A stretch of DNA of 64,000 nt. It comes from Microthyrium microscopicum (lineage: Eukaryota). The stretch lies in contig MU004237.1 of NCBI GenBank assembly GCA_010405405.1, forward strand, positions 1,065,345-1,129,344. The letters are read 5' to 3'. The translations under genes were made by a program, and so were the position numbers. This document shows positions 59,426 to 64,000 of this stretch, piece after piece. Within the stretch, counting starts at the first letter, position 1. Each line of letters opens with the position of its first letter. Under the pieces are notes generated by a model. That model was not told the origin of the DNA and made no database searches. It worked only from the letters and a program-made list of their open reading frames with translations.

Positions 59426-61868
59426 TTAAAAGTTGTTAGAAGCAAAGATAGAGCTCATTGTAGATTTTGCCCATTCTGAAGTATCCCAGTTTTCGGTTTT
59501 CTTCGAATTATAATCATTATCATATGGAGGCGTAGGCCATTTCGATGGGGCTGCTGTCTGAGCATATGACGGTACTTGTTTCTTGCCTTGGTAGTCTGTA
59601 TGACCGTAACCAATGGATTTGCGATTGGCCGAAGGTGACGGAGTTATGAGATATTGATTTGGTCGCTGTTCTGGAGCAGATTGCTCGGGCGTCAACATAC
59701 TGCTGTATTTCGTTCTCGAATAGTCAAGATGTGTAGCTGCGTTTCGGGCTGAGTTGAGAGCTTCATCAAGTATCTCATCTTCTTCGTCGGGAGTTTCATA
59801 TTGTAGGTTAGGTTGCGACTGTTTGTGTTGTGCCTTGCGACTCCTCGAGGTCGATGAAGATCGGTCTTTGCTACTAGTAGAGTGATGACGCTTCAACACC
59901 GAATTGCCAGTACTTCCAGACTGTTTCTGAAGCGGTGCACTCGTGACAGCGCCCTGTGTGGCGTCCATACTCGTTCTGATACCCTGTAAAGCTTTATCAA
60001 GTTCAGTATACTCGCTTCCGTGATCATTGGGAATAGGTGGAAGAGTGCTGAATGCTTGTGAATGTCTTGTGTTGGACCAATGTGAGCTACTTGCATTTGA
60101 CTCAATATCGTCACTTGGTGACATTGGTGTCTGGTAGCGACCAGAAAATCGTCTAGCACGCTTACGGAGGTGAGAGAAGAAACTCTCCTTTTGGCTACTC
60201 GTCGGGGATGTAAGGCCACTTTGGCCCGTCAATGCTCGCTCGGCTTCTTGTCGATGGGATTCCTGGTGCGAGTGCGGCGTTTGTCGACTGGTTTTGTATT
60301 GATCTCTCTGTGCAGCTTGAGCAGTAACAGCGTCAGACATGGGTGACACGGGACGAATGGTTGGGAGAATAGGAATCGGTGCCGCGTTCGCGGGTAGTCC
60401 ATGTGTCCACGTGGCACGCTTGCTTGCAGTACTTTGAACTTTTAGTGTAGTCGCTCGTTCCATTGTGGGCATAGGAGGGACCGGTTGTGGGGCAGCTTGA
60501 ACCGGAGGAGCAGGTGCATGTTGAGTTATCGCAGGGGCACTGAGTTCCCGTTGAATTAGAGATCTCCTGAACCAACTTGACGATTTTGTGCTGAGGGTAG
60601 GGATATGCTCAGTGCTTTCTTTGTTGGTGTTCGCCTCGTGAAGCGTGGACTGTTTGCGACCGAGCAGTTTCGACGATGATTTGGGTCGCTTCAGTGGGTC
60701 AACCGCGTCGCGGAAGAATTCGTGTGCGAGAGCCTGTGTTGATGTTGGTCGGTTCTTTGGGTCCCACATCAAGCACCATGTGACAAAATCGCTCAGCGAT
60801 GCAGGCCACGTTGGTTGCACTAATATTGTATCCAAGGAATGAGGTGCCATCTACACAAGATTAGAACAATAACTACGAGATTGAAAGGATTCAATACCTT
60901 TGGGAATGTGAATCCCAATTTGCTCGCAAGCTTCACGCCATCCTTCCACTCTCCACCACCTACACGCTGACCGTTTTTGTTGACCCAGTTTCCTGGACTA
61001 CCCATGATTTCACATACTCTCCAGACTTGATCAACCTCGTTGGATCCTGGGAACAGAGGTTTCAAGGTTGCAATTTCGACAGCCATAGCACCGACTGCCC
61101 AAATATCCACGGGAGCGGAGTATTCGCCAGCACGAAGCAGGACTTCTGGCGCTCTGTACCATCTTGTTGAAACGTATGTGGTGTATGGCAGCTTCGATTG
61201 AGTTTCTCTGGCGAGGCCAAAGTCGGCAATCTTGATTGTATATGCGGGAGGAGTGGTAGGCGGCGTGACTAGTTGCGAGTAGCGCTTGAATGCACTACCC
61301 GAATCTTGAGGTGCGGATGTTGAGACTAGAATATTTTCAGGTTTAATGTCACGATGGAAGAAGGCGTGGGCGTGAATATGTTCGAGACCGGAGATAATTT
61401 GAAAGAGTATACTCTTGACACTTGGGCCGTCAAGATATTTGCGGTCGCGAGCTTTCATGAGCTGGTAGAGATTTCCGTCCATGTACTCCATTGCAATGTG
61501 AAGCCTTTTCGTGATGGGGTCTAGGAAGACATCGAGAGCGGGAACGAGATGGGGATGGCCAGGCAATGATCGAAGGAAGATGACTTCTCTAAGCTCCAAG
61601 CAGTGATTGAAAGAGTCAAAGGTCTTCTTCATGGTCTTGACAGCAACCTAACATGAATTAGTAGATTTCCAACGTCATCTCTCCTTTTCCATACCATAGT
61701 TCCTCTTCTAGCAACATTTGCACCTGCTGTTCGTACTCTTGCCAAGGATACACTTCCAAAGCTTCCGTCACCAATCTCCTTCATCACCTCATATTTGTCT
61801 TCGAGACATAATGTCGCGCTGGTTGTGGAGGTCCAGCCCCGTTGTGATGCTTCGTATAGAACTGTCAT
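59426..61868 (-). CDS. ime2: Ime2/MAK-family Ser/Thr protein kinase, 3 exons
   Basis: IGDGSFGSV, CLELREVIFL, FFHRDIKPENIL, IADFGLARE and activation loop YTTYVSTRWYRAPE (TxY). Long disordered C-terminal tail with SFFSHLRKRARR. Confidence 0.95.
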
Positions 61869-64000
61869 GTTGAAAGATAGATTTGATAGATTTTGAAGGT
61901 CCAGATGGTAGGTGAATGGTCCTTAAATGGAGGCACGGATCCAGAGGCTTGAATCAGACGGTCCTAACACGCAACGAAGAGTCGCGGTTGGCAATGGCAG
62001 AGCTATGCAGTGGTCTAAATGAGACTGGTCTGACGAGACATGTTCTGGAAATTCGAGAGGTTTGCAAGTAGATGTTGTAGGGAACACAATTGAGCGACAG
62101 ACAGGTGTTGGAGTGGTAGAGAGCGAGGGGTGTTGGGAAAGGGGGTGGAATTGATGATTGGGAGACGGAGATCAGAGATGAACCAGAGGAGAGGTTGAGG
62201 AGACGTTGGAACCAGGAGCGGTAGGAGCTATCGAGGGTGGTCTGGGGGTTGGCGCTGGCGGATGCTCTCCCGAAAAAGTGGTGGCTTTTTCACGGTTTGG
62301 CGGACGCCTCCAAAGTGCAAGGGGAGACAGCAGTGCAGGAGTGAGCAGTGATTGCCAGACAGGCCAGAGAGCAGTGAACAAGATGGTCGTGCGAGTTGAA
62401 TTGAGGTGCCACTGCCGGGCGGGGGATTTATTATTACAGTGGGCTTTGCCTGTGAGCTGAGCTGAAGGGAGGCAGCTTCAATTGAGCAATGTATGGTTGA
62501 GTTTGACAGACGCAGCCTAGTAGGTAAGATAGAGGCCAGGCGGATGATGGGGAAGTCCAGCGTGCTTCCGCGAGATGTGCGGTGTGAGAGACAGGTTTAG
62601 CCGAGATGTGCCAATGAGGGTTGTGCAGGAGGAGAATTAAGTATTATTGCTCCAGTAGTTACAAGGCCCAAATAACGCGAATAGGGACAGTAGATGGAGA
62701 GATTTGGGGGTGATGGTGGAGGTGTTGGAGTTGAGGCTGCCGTGTATGATGGGCATTTCCACTTTACTGGGCAGCAGCAATGATCGAATCCAGAAGGCGC
62801 CTAGCCAAATCAGAGCAGTTGCGACTGGCGTGGGATACTCTTCCGTCTACAACTGTACAAGAAATAGGTAATAGGTGGTTTAGTCTATACTTGAGTGGGC
62901 GATGTGCTTGTTTCGTGAAATTATTGGTGATGATGAAGCACGCTGAACAGGCTAGACGAAGGTCGGTCGTAGTGGTTGCGGATGCCAGGACAATTGATCC
63001 GGAAAAGCACTAGAAGAGGTACGGCTTTTGCTAAGGCTCTGATCGCCAACAAGCCAGGGAAGCCAACAAGTCCAAGATTGAAGACTTGCGTAAGATAACG
63101 CTCGATTGGGTGCTAGTTGTCCCGGCGGAGCGCGGCAAAGAAAGCAAATGTCTCAATGTCTGGAGGCTCTCCTTTCCTGTAGCTCAGCCAGTTGCTAGTT
63201 TAGGTAAAATGAAACACCTAGTCGTCCTGTAAAGTCGCATTAGTTGCAGGACTAGTGCACTTGAAAACCTGGGAGACGCTCGATGCGTATGTCGCTCCCT
63301 GAATCATATCGTCTCAAGAACAAACTCGATTTCAAGGAAGCAGCGATAATCCTAATTCCTGGGGGAGTGTGTGAAAATAACCCCAAGATGTCGTTTGTCA
63401 TGTGTTTGCGCAAGAAGCAGACGCGGATATCAGATAATCATAAAGCGTACGGAATATACGGGGGCACAGGCGCGATTATTCTATTTCTTCTTCTAAAGCT
63501 TCCACGGGCACCGCCGCACTCTCTGCCGTGCCTCATTTTGACAAGGCGCAATGTCACATCAATTGCGGCTTTCAACAACCTTGGGAGAGATCAAAGATCA
63601 AGGCTTAACCCCATCAAATCATCAATTGAAATGAAGTCTGAGAGACTTCCAAAGAGGTCCTTGCGGCTCTTGTGATTACACCACTGTAACTCCAGGCTGA
63701 TGGAAGTAATCAATCGAAAGATATAGACTGTCGCATCGGGGAAATTCAGTTAAATTGCCGCCTCCTAGGCTCATCCTGTGCTGCGTGTTTTTCTGACATT
63801 TTAGTTGAAATAGTTTCGCCTTCTTCATCAGTGTCATCATAAGTCTGGGATAAAGACGATATACTGTATCATCGTCATTGTCTATCTCCAGAGCGACCAT
63901 ATCCTGACTGACAGGCAGCAACAGTAAACCAGATATAACCTCTTAGTAAACAGGTTCGCGCGACCAACCCCAGGTTATCAAGACGCGTCGAGAAATCGCG

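Noticed and set aside
61869..64000. ORFs upstream of ime2
   Set aside because: Consistent with a long CT-rich leader and promoter; no supportable coding signal.
1..64000. tRNA/rRNA genes, CRISPR arrays, intact transposons or prokaryotic systems
   Set aside because: No cloverleaf/T-loop signature, repeat-spacer array, transposase/RT motif or terminal repeat seen by eye; the sequence is intron-containing fungal DNA. A tRNAscan/Rfam/RepeatMasker run would be needed to exclude small elements.

Overview
Gene-dense eukaryotic DNA from a filamentous ascomycete (Pezizomycotina; short GT-AG introns with CTRAC/CTAAC branch sites; class not determinable from the sequence alone). About 24 protein-coding loci can be supported. 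Conserved genes: a kinesin-4-like motor (5'-truncated), the divergent ATP-citrate lyase subunit pair, dipeptidyl peptidase III, an MpaB/rubber-oxygenase-like protein, BCKDH E2, an agmatinase-family ureohydrolase, gluconokinase, VPS26, SLD3, TRM8, RRP1, a Zn2Cys6 transcription factor, CK2 beta, a SAM methyltransferase and an Ime2-family kinase. Between them lie accessory patches with orphan, degenerate or frameshifted genes (about 5.5-10.3, 16.8-22.1, 36.7-41.2 and 56.3-56.9 kb). I saw no tRNA, rRNA, CRISPR array or intact transposon. Best leads: (1) a secreted protein whose spliced sequence has the HH...HxH...M layout of PHM/DBH-type copper monooxygenases plus a Met/His/Gly-rich loop; (2) a tandem TQ/SQ repeat inserted in Sld3; (3) a 9-nt microexon and long hairpin-rich intron in acl2; (4) two possibly related orphan genes, one broken by an exact 10-bp duplication. 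All gene models were spliced by eye and no searches were run.
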